DNA from: Pedosphaera sp.
GTDB taxonomy: Bacteria > Verrucomicrobiota > Verrucomicrobiia > Limisphaerales > JADLHS01
Length of the DNA stretch: 64,000 bases
Direction: 5' to 3'
Assembly (NCBI GenBank): GCA_009695195.1
Contig: SIBJ01000001.1
Coordinates: forward strand, 53,581 to 117,580
A program made the translations under genes and the position numbers. The first letter of the stretch is position 1. Every line of letters begins with the position of its first letter. The notes below the pieces were generated by a model. The model had not been told where the DNA came from and ran no database searches. It saw nothing but the letters and a program-made list of their open reading frames with translations. Below, piece by piece: positions 44,823 through 53,539 of the stretch.

Positions 44823-46118
44823 ATGCCCGAAGTTCAAGAAATCGAAATCCGCGATTCCGCCGCGCAGTCCGCAGCGGCAGCTCGAGCTTTGCCCCGTCCG
44901 AGCGACGAAGATTTGCAGGACATGCAGGGCGAGAAGATGGTCCTCAACATGGGGCCGTCGCACCCGTCCACGCATGGCGTGTTGCGCATCATTCTTGAGC
45001 TGGACGGCGAGATCATCACCAAGGCGATTCCAGACATCGGCTATCTGCATCGCGGCGACGAGAAGATTGCCGAGAACATGACCTACACCCAGTTCATCCC
45101 TTACACGGATCGGCTGGATTATCTCGCGCCGATGGCGAACAACGTCGCCTACGCGCTCGCGGTCGAAAAACTGCTCGGCATCCACGACAAACTCCCGCCG
45201 CGTTGCCAATATCTCCGCGTGATTTGCGCGGAACTGGCGCGTATCTCGTCGCACTTGCTCGGCGTCGGCTGTTTCGCGATGGATGTGGGCGCGATGACGG
45301 TTTTCCTGCTCACGTTCACCGAGCGCGAAAAGATTTACAACCTCTGCGAATCCCTCACTGGAGCGCGATTCACGACGAGTTACACGCGCATCGGTGGCGT
45401 TTCGCGCGACACGCCGCCCGGTTGGTGCGACGCGGTGCGCAAGTTTCTCAACGAAGTCGTCGTCAACATCGCCGAGGTCGAGACGCTGCTCACGCGCAAC
45501 AAAATCTGGGTGGACCGCACGCGCGACGTGGGCGTGATCTCGAAGGAAGAGGCGATTGATTTCGGTCTGAGTGGTCCGAATTTGCGCGGCAGCGGCGTGG
45601 ATTACGATCTCCGCAAAGCGCAGCCGTATCTTTGTTACAAAGATTTGCAATTCGACGTGCCGCTCGGTTCGGTTGGCGATTGCTACGACCGCTACCTCGT
45701 GCGCATGGAGGAAATGCGCCAGAGCGTGCGCCTCGTCCATCAGTGCCTCGATAAACTGCCCGGCGGATTCGAGAACAAATCGAAAGAGCCGGTGAACGTG
45801 GCCGATGGCAAAATCGTGTTGCCGCCGAAGAACAAGGTCATGTCGAGCATGGAGGAATTGATTCATCAATTCATGCTCGTGACGCAGGGCATGAACTGTC
45901 CGCCCGGCGAAGTTTATTTTGGCCACGAAAATCCGAAGGGCGAACTCGGCTTTTACATCAACAGTCGCGGCGGTGGCACGCCGTATCGGATGAAGATCCG
46001 CAGCCCCAGCTTCGTGAACCTGAGCATCCTGTCGCACCTGTTGCCCGGCCACATGATGAGCGACACCGTGGCAATCTTGGGATCGTTCGACTTTGTGATG
46101 GGAGAATGTGACCGATGA
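44823..46118 (+). CDS. nuoD: NADH-quinone oxidoreductase subunit D
   Basis: LNMGPSHPSTHGVLR...GYLHRG.EK...; start placed at ATG 44823. The track ORF start at 44424 lies inside nuoC. Confidence 0.92.
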   Translation: MPEVQEIEIRDSAAQSAAAARALPRPSDEDLQDMQGEKMVLNMGPSHPSTHGVLRIILELDGEIITKAIPDIGYLHRGDEKIAENMTYTQFIPYTDRLDYLAPMANNVAYALAVEKLLGIHDKLPPRCQYLRVICAELARISSHLLGVGCFAMDVGAMTVFLLTFTEREKIYNLCESLTGARFTTSYTRIGGVSRDTPPGWCDAVRKFLNEVVVNIAEVETLLTRNKIWVDRTRDVGVISKEEAIDFGLSGPNLRGSGVDYDLRKAQPYLCYKDLQFDVPLGSVGDCYDRYLVRMEEMRQSVRLVHQCLDKLPGGFENKSKEPVNVADGKIVLPPKNKVMSSMEELIHQFMLVTQGMNCPPGEVYFGHENPKGELGFYINSRGGGTPYRMKIRSPSFVNLSILSHLLPGHMMSDTVAILGSFDFVMGECDR

Positions 46119-46600
46119 GCTTTTCCGTTCCCGCAAATCTTGAAGCCGAGATTGACGAGCTGATCACGCATTATCCCGTGAAGCGCAGCGCGTCGCTCAT
46201 GCTTCTGCACGCGTTGCAGGAACATTTCGGCCACATCTCGCCGGAAGCTACGCAATGGGTCGCAAAGAAACTTGGTCTTCAACCCATCAACGTTCACGAA
46301 CTCGTGACGTTCTATCCGATGTTCCGTCAATCTGCGCCGGGCAAACATCAGATCAAAGTCTGTCGCACGCTCAGTTGCGCGCTCGGTGGTTCGCACAAGT
46401 TGCACGAACATTTTTGCACGAAGCTCGGACTCGATCCGCATGCGCATGGTTTGCAAACGACAAAGGATGGAAAGTTCTCGGTCGAGTTCGTCGAGTGCCT
46501 CGCCGGTTGCGGCATGGCGCCAGTGATGATGTGCAACGAGGATTTCTTTGAAGGCGTATCTGAGAAAAAGGCCGATGAAATTCTGGGAGGCTGCAAGTGA
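46115..46600 (+). CDS. nuoE: NADH-quinone oxidoreductase subunit E
   Basis: 2Fe-2S motif VCRTLSCALGG...VECLAGCGMAPVMM; 4-nt overlap with nuoD. Confidence 0.9.
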   Translation: MSFSVPANLEAEIDELITHYPVKRSASLMLLHALQEHFGHISPEATQWVAKKLGLQPINVHELVTFYPMFRQSAPGKHQIKVCRTLSCALGGSHKLHEHFCTKLGLDPHAHGLQTTKDGKFSVEFVECLAGCGMAPVMMCNEDFFEGVSEKKADEILGGCK

Positions 46601-46647
46601 AGATGCTGAATTCGACATTCTTCATTCTGCCTTCTTCATTGGGAGAG

Positions 46648-46721
46648 TGGTTGCCCGACATGGATTTGAACCATGACAAACAGATTCAGAGTCTGCTGTG
46701 CTACCGTTACACCATCGGGCA
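46648..46721 (-). tRNA. tRNA-Gln (anticodon CTG), 74 nt with encoded CCA
   Basis: The reverse complement folds by hand into a cloverleaf: acceptor TGCCCGA/TCGGGCA (7 bp), D-arm GTGT-AACGGTA-GCAC, anticodon stem GCAGA/TCTGT with loop CTCTGAA, T-arm CATGG-TTCAAAT-CCATG, discriminator A, then CCA. Confidence 0.85.
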
Positions 46722-46810
46722 AACCGACGTGTCCGCTAAACTAGAGAATTTCGCAGGCCAGTCAAGCCGACAGACCGGTTCAACCGCGAACGACTTGAAT
46801 GGTTTTGACG

Positions 46811-47018
46811 CTCGCCCTCACCCCGGCCCTCTCCCCCGAGAAGAGGGAGAAGCTGCGCGCGGCTTACGAAAATTTGGCCGTCACAATTGCAGTCGCCATC
46901 TCTCTGCCGTTCGCTCCAAGGCGCTCACAACAAACTGCGATGTCCGTATCGCCACCAACCGGCGAACGATTCTCCCTCTCCTGGGGGAGAGGGCCGGGGT
47001 GAGGGTGGTCGTTCCCAC
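46811..47018. repeat. Inverted pair of family M elements (CTCACCCCGGCCCTCTCCCC / GGGGAGAGGGCCGGGGTGAG) flanking about 115 bp
   Basis: The left copy (46811-46852) and right copy (46968-47018) are mutual reverse complements, giving a MITE-like architecture in the nuoE-nuoF spacer next to the tRNA. Confidence 0.65.
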
Positions 47019-47056
47019 AAACATTTCACGCATCACGCATCACGCACCACGTTAAC

Positions 47057-48499
47057 ATGCCGCAAGAGTTCAAACTCATCCTCAAGCACCTCGATAACCC
47101 GGGTTACACGCCGGACATCGAATGCTATTTGCGACACGGCGGCTACGACGCGCTCAAAAAAGCACTCGCCATCCAGCCCAAGGATTTGCCCGACGGCAAG
47201 AAAGCATCGCCACAGGAACAGATTCGCGACGACGTGAAGCTTTCCGGCCTGCGCGGTCGCGGCGGCGCGGGTTTTTCGTGCGGACTCAAGTGGAGTTTCG
47301 TGGATCGCCGCAGCGGCAAACCGATTTATCTCATCTGCAACGCCGACGAATCCGAGCCGGGCACGTTCAAAGATCGCCAGATCATCCACAAAGACCCGCA
47401 TCAACTCATCGAGGGCATGATTGTCTCGTGCTTCGCGAACGACGTGAAGCTCGCCTACATCTACATCCGTGGCGAAATGCCCAAGGGCGCGAAGCTGCTG
47501 AACGCGGCGTTGAAGGAAGCTCGCGCGAAAAATTTCCTCGGCAAAAACATTTTGGGCAGCGGTTACGATTTGGAGATTCACGTTCATCGCGGCGCGGGTG
47601 CTTACATCTGCGGCGAGGAAACCGGCCTCATCGAATCGCTCGAAGGCAAGCGACCGTATCCGCGCATCAAGCCGCCGTATTTTCCCGCGGTGCTCGGGCT
47701 TTACATGTGCCCGACCATCGTCAACAACGTCGAGACGCTCTGCAACGTGAAGCACATCGTCACGATGGGCGGCCCGGAATTCGCGAAGCTCGGCACGCCG
47801 AACAACACCGGCACACGCATCGTGAGTTTGAGCGGCCAGGTGAAACGCCCCGGCTACTACGAGATCGAAGTCGGTAAAGCCACCATCGGCCAGCTTATCA
47901 ACGATCCCGCGTTCGGCGGCGGCTTGCTTGATGGAAGAAAACTTAAAGCGGTCATCCCCGGCGGTTCATCCTCAAAAGTTTTGAAGGCAGGCGAGAAATT
48001 CAAACTCAAGCGCAAGATCGAAGGCAAAGATGTCGAAGTGGAAACCGACATGCTTGATCTGCCGTATGATTTCGATTCGCTCCAGCAAGCGGGCACAATG
48101 AGCGGTTCGAGCGCGATCATCGTGATTGATGACAGCGTGGACATCGTCGGCGCGCTGGCGAATCTCTCCGAGTTTTACGCCCACGAAAGCTGCGGCCAAT
48201 GCACGCCGTGCCGTGAAGGCTCGCTCTGGATGAGCAAGACGCTGCATCGCCTCACGCACGGTGAAGGCCGCAAACAGGACGCGGATTATCTCGTGAAGAT
48301 CGCCGACAACATTCCCGGCGGTAAGACGATCTGCGCGTTCGGCGAAGCCTGCTCGTGGCCGGTGCAAAGTTTCGTCGCGAAGTTCAAAGATGAATTCGTT
48401 GCCAAAGGCGCAGCCGATGAAGAACGTCGCGCGAAAGAAAAAGTTCAACCAAAAATTGCCACGCCAGCGGAGCGAAAAGAATTAACGACCGCACATTAG
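47057..48499 (+). CDS. nuoF: NADH-quinone oxidoreductase subunit F
   Basis: GLRGRGGAGFS.G.KW (FMN/NADH site) and ESCGQCTPCREG (N3 cluster). Confidence 0.92.
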   Translation: MPQEFKLILKHLDNPGYTPDIECYLRHGGYDALKKALAIQPKDLPDGKKASPQEQIRDDVKLSGLRGRGGAGFSCGLKWSFVDRRSGKPIYLICNADESEPGTFKDRQIIHKDPHQLIEGMIVSCFANDVKLAYIYIRGEMPKGAKLLNAALKEARAKNFLGKNILGSGYDLEIHVHRGAGAYICGEETGLIESLEGKRPYPRIKPPYFPAVLGLYMCPTIVNNVETLCNVKHIVTMGGPEFAKLGTPNNTGTRIVSLSGQVKRPGYYEIEVGKATIGQLINDPAFGGGLLDGRKLKAVIPGGSSSKVLKAGEKFKLKRKIEGKDVEVETDMLDLPYDFDSLQQAGTMSGSSAIIVIDDSVDIVGALANLSEFYAHESCGQCTPCREGSLWMSKTLHRLTHGEGRKQDADYLVKIADNIPGGKTICAFGEACSWPVQSFVAKFKDEFVAKGAADEERRAKEKVQPKIATPAERKELTTAH

Positions 48500-48504
48500 A
48501 AATC

Positions 48505-48810
48505 ATGCCCAAGCTTTACGAATACTTCGGATTGATCGTGTTCTTCTACACCAATGAACATGAGCCGATTCACGTTCATGGCGAGTTTCAGAACGGCCAC
48601 GCCAAGGCGGAATTCTTTTTGAAAGAAGGCAACATCGTGCGGATTGTGTTCTCGAACGTGAACGGCAAACGCCCATTGCCGGGATACAAAATGAAGGATT
48701 TCAGAACCTTGGTGAACGCCAAAGCCGACGATATCGTCCGGCGTTGGATTGAATACTTTGTGTTCAAGAAACACAACAAGCCGGAAATCATTACCCGAAA
48801 AATCAAATGA
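48505..48810 (+). CDS. DUF4160 domain protein
   Basis: MPKLYEYFGLIVFFYTNEHEPIHVHGEFQNGHAKAEF matches my recollection of the DUF4160 N-terminal signature (xHxPxHxH). It starts 5 nt after the nuoF stop. The region looks AT-richer by eye. Confidence 0.8.
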   Translation: MPKLYEYFGLIVFFYTNEHEPIHVHGEFQNGHAKAEFFLKEGNIVRIVFSNVNGKRPLPGYKMKDFRTLVNAKADDIVRRWIEYFVFKKHNKPEIITRKIK

Positions 48811-49199
48811 AAGCGCTGGCGACAAAATATTTGGAAATCGTCCAAGCCGGATACGTTTCCGGCTACAAGATTCGATTGACGTTCAATGATGGGCTGGTTC
48901 GCGTCATGGACTTCGAGCCGTTTTTGCGCAAAGCCCTGAACCCCGACATCACAAAATACCGGCAATTTCGGAACTTCAAAAAATTCCATCTGCACTACGG
49001 TGATTTGATGTGGGGAGATTTCGATATGATTTTTCCGATAACGGATTTGCATCGCGGGAACATTCTCAAAGGGGAGGAAGCCGCTCTGTCTCACTTTGTG
49101 TTGAACGACACTGCCGCTCCGGCCAAACCAATTTCGGACAGGAAAACCAAAATTGTTTCTTACCAAAATGTGAAACGGAAAAAAGTTTTGCATGGCTGA
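48807..49199 (+). CDS. DUF2442 domain protein
   Basis: VSGYKIRLTFNDGLVRVMDFEPFL is the DUF2442-type beta motif. It has an ATGA overlap with the DUF4160 gene, which is the usual pairing, and its stop overlaps the nuoG start by 8 nt. Confidence 0.7.
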   Translation: MKALATKYLEIVQAGYVSGYKIRLTFNDGLVRVMDFEPFLRKALNPDITKYRQFRNFKKFHLHYGDLMWGDFDMIFPITDLHRGNILKGEEAALSHFVLNDTAAPAKPISDRKTKIVSYQNVKRKKVLHG

Positions 49200-50928
49200 C
49201 GCAACAACAACCGAAGTCAAGCCCGCGCCGCCTGCGATCGAAAAGATCAAGGTCAAGGTGGACGGGCGCGAAGTCGAAGTGCCGAAGCTCACGCCGGATT
49301 GGCAGGGCAAACTCGCGCCCACCACGATGCTGCAGGCGTGCGACATCGCGAAGAAGGATGTCCCGCATTATTGCTATCACCCGAAGCTGCCCGTCGCCGG
49401 TAATTGTCGCATGTGTCTCGTCGAGTTTGGCACGCCCGCACTCGGGCCGGATCGCAAGCCGGTGATGAATCCCGACGGCACGCCAAAGATTGCGAAGTCG
49501 CCGCGTCCGGCCATCGGTTGCGCCACGCCGATTTCGCCGGGAATGGAAATTTACACGAGCACTCCGGGCGTGAAGCAGATGCGCGAGGGCGTGCTCGAAT
49601 CGCTGCTCATCAATCATCCGCTCGATTGCCCGATCTGCGACCAAGCCGGCGAATGCAAGCTCCAGGAATATTCCGTGGACTACGGCCAGAGCGCGAGCCG
49701 TTTCGTTGAGGCAAAGGTTCACAAGCCCAAGGCCGTTGATCTCGGGCCGCGCATCATGCTCGACGCCGAGCGTTGCATTCTGTGCACGCGCTGCATCCGC
49801 TTCACAAAGGATGTCGCAGGCGACGACGCGCTGGGCATCGTGAATCGCGGCAGTTACAACACGATTGCGACGTTCCCCGGCCTGCCGTTCGACAACAACT
49901 ACACGCTCAACACCGTGGACATCTGTCCCGTCGGCGCGCTGACGTCGAAGGATTTTCGTTTCCAGATGCGTGTGTGGTTTCTCAAGGAAACTAAAAGCGT
50001 CTGCACGAGTTGCGCGACGGGTTGCAACGTCCTCATCAGCTCGCGCGAGGAAAAGATTTACCGCTACACGCCACGCGACAACGACGCCGTCAACGGTCCG
50101 TGGATGTGCGATGCGGGACGACTCAATTATAAGTGGATTCAACGCGAAGATCGGTTGAAGGATGTTTTAGTGGGGCAGGCTTCCAGCCTGCCTGTTTCAA
50201 AGTCCGGGCAGGCTGGAAGCTTGCCCCACTACAAATCTTCGTGGACTGCGGCACTCTCGGAAATTGCGGAGAAGCTCAAGCAAGCTCCGGCGGGTTCGGT
50301 GGCGATTGTTGTCTCGGCCTGCCAAACGAACGAAGAGCTTTGGCTGATCAGCAAACTCAAGGCGAAACTCGGTGCGATCAGTGATTCCGTCGAGCGCACA
50401 GGTGATGCCGACAAGTTGCTCGTCAGCGCTGACAAGAATCCCAACACAAACGGCGCGCGGCTCACCGGAATTTGCTTCAGCGAAATGGGAATCAACCTGC
50501 CCAAGATCGCGGACGGCATCGCGAGCGGAAAGATTAAGAGCCTCATCGTTTTCGGCGAAGACGTGACGAAGCACGGCATCAGCGCGGAATTGCTCGGCAA
50601 GCTGGACACGCTCATCGTCAGCGACATTTTGCCGAACGCCACAACGGCAGCCGCGCATTACGTTTTGCCTGGTTGCGCACACGCCGAGAAGCGCGGTTCG
50701 TTCACGAACACCAAAGGTCGTGTGCAAAAGTTCATGCAAGCCGTCCAGCCGCCCGGCGACGCCCGCGCCGAATGGGATTTTCTGCACGACTTGGTTTACA
50801 ACGTCACCGGCAAGAACGGTTTCCTGACCATCGAAGGTCTGTTCAACGAGATGGCGAAGGATGTTCCGGCGTTCAACGGTTTGACGTGGGCCAGCCTCAG
50901 TGACACGGGCGTGACGGTGAAGATTTGA
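49192..50928 (+). CDS. nuoG: NADH-quinone oxidoreductase subunit G
   Basis: N-terminal 2Fe-2S and 4Fe-4S motifs (CYHPKLPVAGNCRMCLVE, HPLDCPICDQAGECKLQ, CILCTRCIRF), then a molybdopterin-like domain. Confidence 0.9.
   Translation: MADATTTEVKPAPPAIEKIKVKVDGREVEVPKLTPDWQGKLAPTTMLQACDIAKKDVPHYCYHPKLPVAGNCRMCLVEFGTPALGPDRKPVMNPDGTPKIAKSPRPAIGCATPISPGMEIYTSTPGVKQMREGVLESLLINHPLDCPICDQAGECKLQEYSVDYGQSASRFVEAKVHKPKAVDLGPRIMLDAERCILCTRCIRFTKDVAGDDALGIVNRGSYNTIATFPGLPFDNNYTLNTVDICPVGALTSKDFRFQMRVWFLKETKSVCTSCATGCNVLISSREEKIYRYTPRDNDAVNGPWMCDAGRLNYKWIQREDRLKDVLVGQASSLPVSKSGQAGSLPHYKSSWTAALSEIAEKLKQAPAGSVAIVVSACQTNEELWLISKLKAKLGAISDSVERTGDADKLLVSADKNPNTNGARLTGICFSEMGINLPKIADGIASGKIKSLIVFGEDVTKHGISAELLGKLDTLIVSDILPNATTAAAHYVLPGCAHAEKRGSFTNTKGRVQKFMQAVQPPGDARAEWDFLHDLVYNVTGKNGFLTIEGLFNEMAKDVPAFNGLTWASLSDTGVTVKI
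50170..50229. repeat. Hairpin repeat, family N, inserted in frame within nuoG
   Basis: GTGGGGCAGGCTTCCAGCCTGCC-N14-GGCAGGCTGGAAGCTTGCCCCAC has 23-nt arms with one mismatch. It is 60 nt long, which is 20 codons (VGQASSLPVSKSGQAGSLPH). Confidence 0.7.
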
Positions 50929-50929
50929 A

Positions 50930-52018
50930 ATGATCGAAAGCGTCAATAACTGGCTCAATGGTTTGAGCCCCGCGCAAAGCCTGCTGCTTTTCACGAGCAT
51001 CAAGGCTGTCGTGTGCTTCGCAATCATGATGACCATGTTTGCTTACACCGTCGTGTTGGAGCGCCGCCTTTGCGCATGGATTCAAGATCGCATCGGGCCG
51101 AATCGCGTCGGGCCGTTCGGTTTGTTGCAACCGGCGGCGGATGGCATCAAAGCCTTTTTCAAAGAAGAAATGACGCCCGCGCATGTGCGCAAAGTATTCT
51201 TCACGCTCGCGCCGATGATTGCCTTGATCCCCGCTGTGTTGAACCTTGCGGTGATTCCTTTTGGGTCGACGCTTGGCAAGCAACACATGGTGCTCGCGGA
51301 TTTGAACGTCGGCATTCTCTACACATTCGGCATCGTGTCGCTGGGCGTTTACAGCATCGTGCTGGCGGGCTATGCGAGTAACTCCAAGTTCCCGTTCCTC
51401 GGCGGCATCCGCTCCAGCGCGCAACTGATCTCCTACGAAATCGCGATGGGCATGAGTGTCATTCCGATTTTCCTGTTCGTTGGCGATTTGAATTTGAATA
51501 GCGTGATCAAGGCGCAGACCGGCACGCAACTCGGCTTCCTGCCGAACTGGTTCGTCATCCAAAGCCCGATGACGTTTCTCGCGTTCTGCATTTTCCTCGT
51601 CGCCGCATTCGCGGAAACGAATCGCACGCCGTTCGATTTGCCAGAAGCCGAGCAAGAACTCGCGGGCGGTTACAACATCGAATACAGCTCCATCAAGTTC
51701 GCCATGTTCTTCATGGGGGAATACTGCAACATGATTCTCGTGTCCGCGATGATGGTGACGCTGTTCTTCGGCGGCTGGACTTTGCCGTGGTTCGGGCTCG
51801 ACCATGCGGCGACAACGCTGCTCGGCGGCGTGCTGCACATCGGCATTTTCCTCGGAAAGGTTTTTCTGTTCCTCGTGATGTTCGTCTGGATTCGCTGGAT
51901 GTGGCCGCGTTTCCGTTATGATCAACTCATGGACCTGGGCTGGCGGCGGTTCATTCCGCTCGCGCTGGCGAATATCTTGGTCACGGCCATCTGGCTCTGG
52001 TGGCAGAGCGGCAAATAA
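50930..52018 (+). CDS. nuoH: NADH-quinone oxidoreductase subunit H
   Basis: ERRLCAWIQDRIGPNRVGPFGLLQP.ADG.K...; a polytopic NuoH/ND1 signature. Confidence 0.92.
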   Translation: MIESVNNWLNGLSPAQSLLLFTSIKAVVCFAIMMTMFAYTVVLERRLCAWIQDRIGPNRVGPFGLLQPAADGIKAFFKEEMTPAHVRKVFFTLAPMIALIPAVLNLAVIPFGSTLGKQHMVLADLNVGILYTFGIVSLGVYSIVLAGYASNSKFPFLGGIRSSAQLISYEIAMGMSVIPIFLFVGDLNLNSVIKAQTGTQLGFLPNWFVIQSPMTFLAFCIFLVAAFAETNRTPFDLPEAEQELAGGYNIEYSSIKFAMFFMGEYCNMILVSAMMVTLFFGGWTLPWFGLDHAATTLLGGVLHIGIFLGKVFLFLVMFVWIRWMWPRFRYDQLMDLGWRRFIPLALANILVTAIWLWWQSGK

Positions 52019-52019
52019 C

Positions 52020-52562
52020 ATGATCGTCAAACGCAAACCACTGAATCTGTTCGAGCGGCTTTACCTGCCGGCCATCATCGGCGGGTTCAAAGTCACGCTG
52101 CGCCACTTCTTCAAGAAGAAGGTGACGATGCAATATCCCGAGGAGAAATGGGTCGTGCCCGATGGTTATCGCGGCGCGCCGTATCTTGTGAAGGATCAAG
52201 AAGGCAACACCAAGTGCGTGAGCTGCCAGCTTTGCGAATTCGTCTGTCCGCCCAAGGCCATCAAAATCATCCCCCCCGGCCCAGTGGTTTCCAACGCCGA
52301 CCGTCCGAACGCGGAGAAGATGCCGAAGGAATTCGAGATCAACATGCTCCGGTGCATCTTCTGCGGCTTCTGCCAGGAAGTCTGCCCGGAGGAAGCGATC
52401 TTCCTGCAAAAGGATTATTCGCTCACCGGCACGAGCCGCGCGGAAATGATTTACAACAAAGAAAAGCTCCTCGCCCTTGGCGGCGTCCACGCGGGCGTCC
52501 AGAAGTGGAAGCACAAAGCCGAAGAGGCGAAGGAGCAGGAAACTTTTCCGGTGAAGGTTTAG
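52020..52562 (+). CDS. nuoI: NADH-quinone oxidoreductase subunit I
   Basis: Two 4Fe-4S ferredoxin motifs, CVSCQLCEFVCP and CIFCGFCQEVCP. Start placed at ATG 52020. Confidence 0.9.
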   Translation: MIVKRKPLNLFERLYLPAIIGGFKVTLRHFFKKKVTMQYPEEKWVVPDGYRGAPYLVKDQEGNTKCVSCQLCEFVCPPKAIKIIPPGPVVSNADRPNAEKMPKEFEINMLRCIFCGFCQEVCPEEAIFLQKDYSLTGTSRAEMIYNKEKLLALGGVHAGVQKWKHKAEEAKEQETFPVKV

Positions 52563-52564
52563 CG

Positions 52565-53536
52565 ATGCGACGAATACTCCTCATAACAGCAGTCGTTCAA
52601 TGCCTGAGCGCTCTAAGCGCACAAGCCGTGACATTGCCTTTTGAGCAGAACTACGTTGAGCCATTCTACTCGTCAAAGCTTCAAGTGGTTTGGGCGGCCA
52701 CTAATCAATTGCCAGCGACGGCAAAGATTTACAAAGTTGTTCCGGCCAATTTTTCGTCGTCAGCCATTTCAAATCTTACGGCGCTGGGCGGTTCGGCAAA
52801 TCTCAAGCGTGGCGCAATGAACCTTTACAAGCCGACCGATGGGCGACTGCCTTTGGAGAAAGTCCCCGACAAGGCCAGAGCCTACGAACTTGGGATTGGC
52901 TTGCTCGCAAAGTTGGAGATTCCGGTTGGTGAATTGATGTCAGAGGGTGGAAAGCCGGTGGCTGGTTATTCTCCAGGCACGCGCGGTCACATGGACAAGG
53001 CCACTCGCAAGATGATAACCGAGCCTTGCACGATGGGAGTTCAGTTTCGGCGTGCGCTTGATGGCATCGAATGTTTCGGCCAGCAAGTCCGCATTCAATT
53101 TGAAAGTCAGGAGGCAATGACGCAGTTGGACGTCAGGTGGTGTGGCGTGCAAGCCGACAAGACCTGCGTGGTCGCCACTCCTGATCAAATCATTTCTTGG
53201 ATCAAGGAAGGGCGAGCACGGGCGCATCCGATTGAAACGACGGGCCAACGCTGGATCAGGGTCGCTGACATCAAGAAGGTCACAATTCGGCAAGTCCGGC
53301 TCTGCTACGATGCCGAGCCAGATACGGAGAACCCGGAGAAGTTCCCGAACTATTTGTATCCTTATTTGGGAATCGAAGCCGAAATCGAGTTCTCGTCCAC
53401 CGACCGCGAAACGTTGGGGATTTCCTGCCCCATCATCAAGGAAGCGTTAAGCAGCGCTAACCGTAAGACCAGCGAGTTCAACATTCTGCCAAAGACATTT
53501 TTCGAGAATGAAGCCCGGCGGGAGGGAAGCCAGTAA
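52565..53536 (+). CDS. Secreted hypothetical protein (323 aa) embedded between nuoI and nuoJ
   Basis: ATG 52565 lies 2 nt after the nuoI stop. Signal peptide MRRILLITAVVQCLSALSAQA. No family recognised. It ends 3 nt before nuoJ. The track ORF (52148-) extends spuriously upstream, out of frame, over nuoI. Confidence 0.65.
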   Translation: MRRILLITAVVQCLSALSAQAVTLPFEQNYVEPFYSSKLQVVWAATNQLPATAKIYKVVPANFSSSAISNLTALGGSANLKRGAMNLYKPTDGRLPLEKVPDKARAYELGIGLLAKLEIPVGELMSEGGKPVAGYSPGTRGHMDKATRKMITEPCTMGVQFRRALDGIECFGQQVRIQFESQEAMTQLDVRWCGVQADKTCVVATPDQIISWIKEGRARAHPIETTGQRWIRVADIKKVTIRQVRLCYDAEPDTENPEKFPNYLYPYLGIEAEIEFSSTDRETLGISCPIIKEALSSANRKTSEFNILPKTFFENEARREGSQ

Positions 53537-53539
53537 GCT

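Noticed and set aside
52148-52564. The upstream extension of the 462-aa track ORF across nuoI.
   Set aside because: The extension is out of frame over nuoI, which has two canonical 4Fe-4S motifs. The signal-peptide-bearing ATG at 52565, directly after the nuoI stop, is the sensible start.
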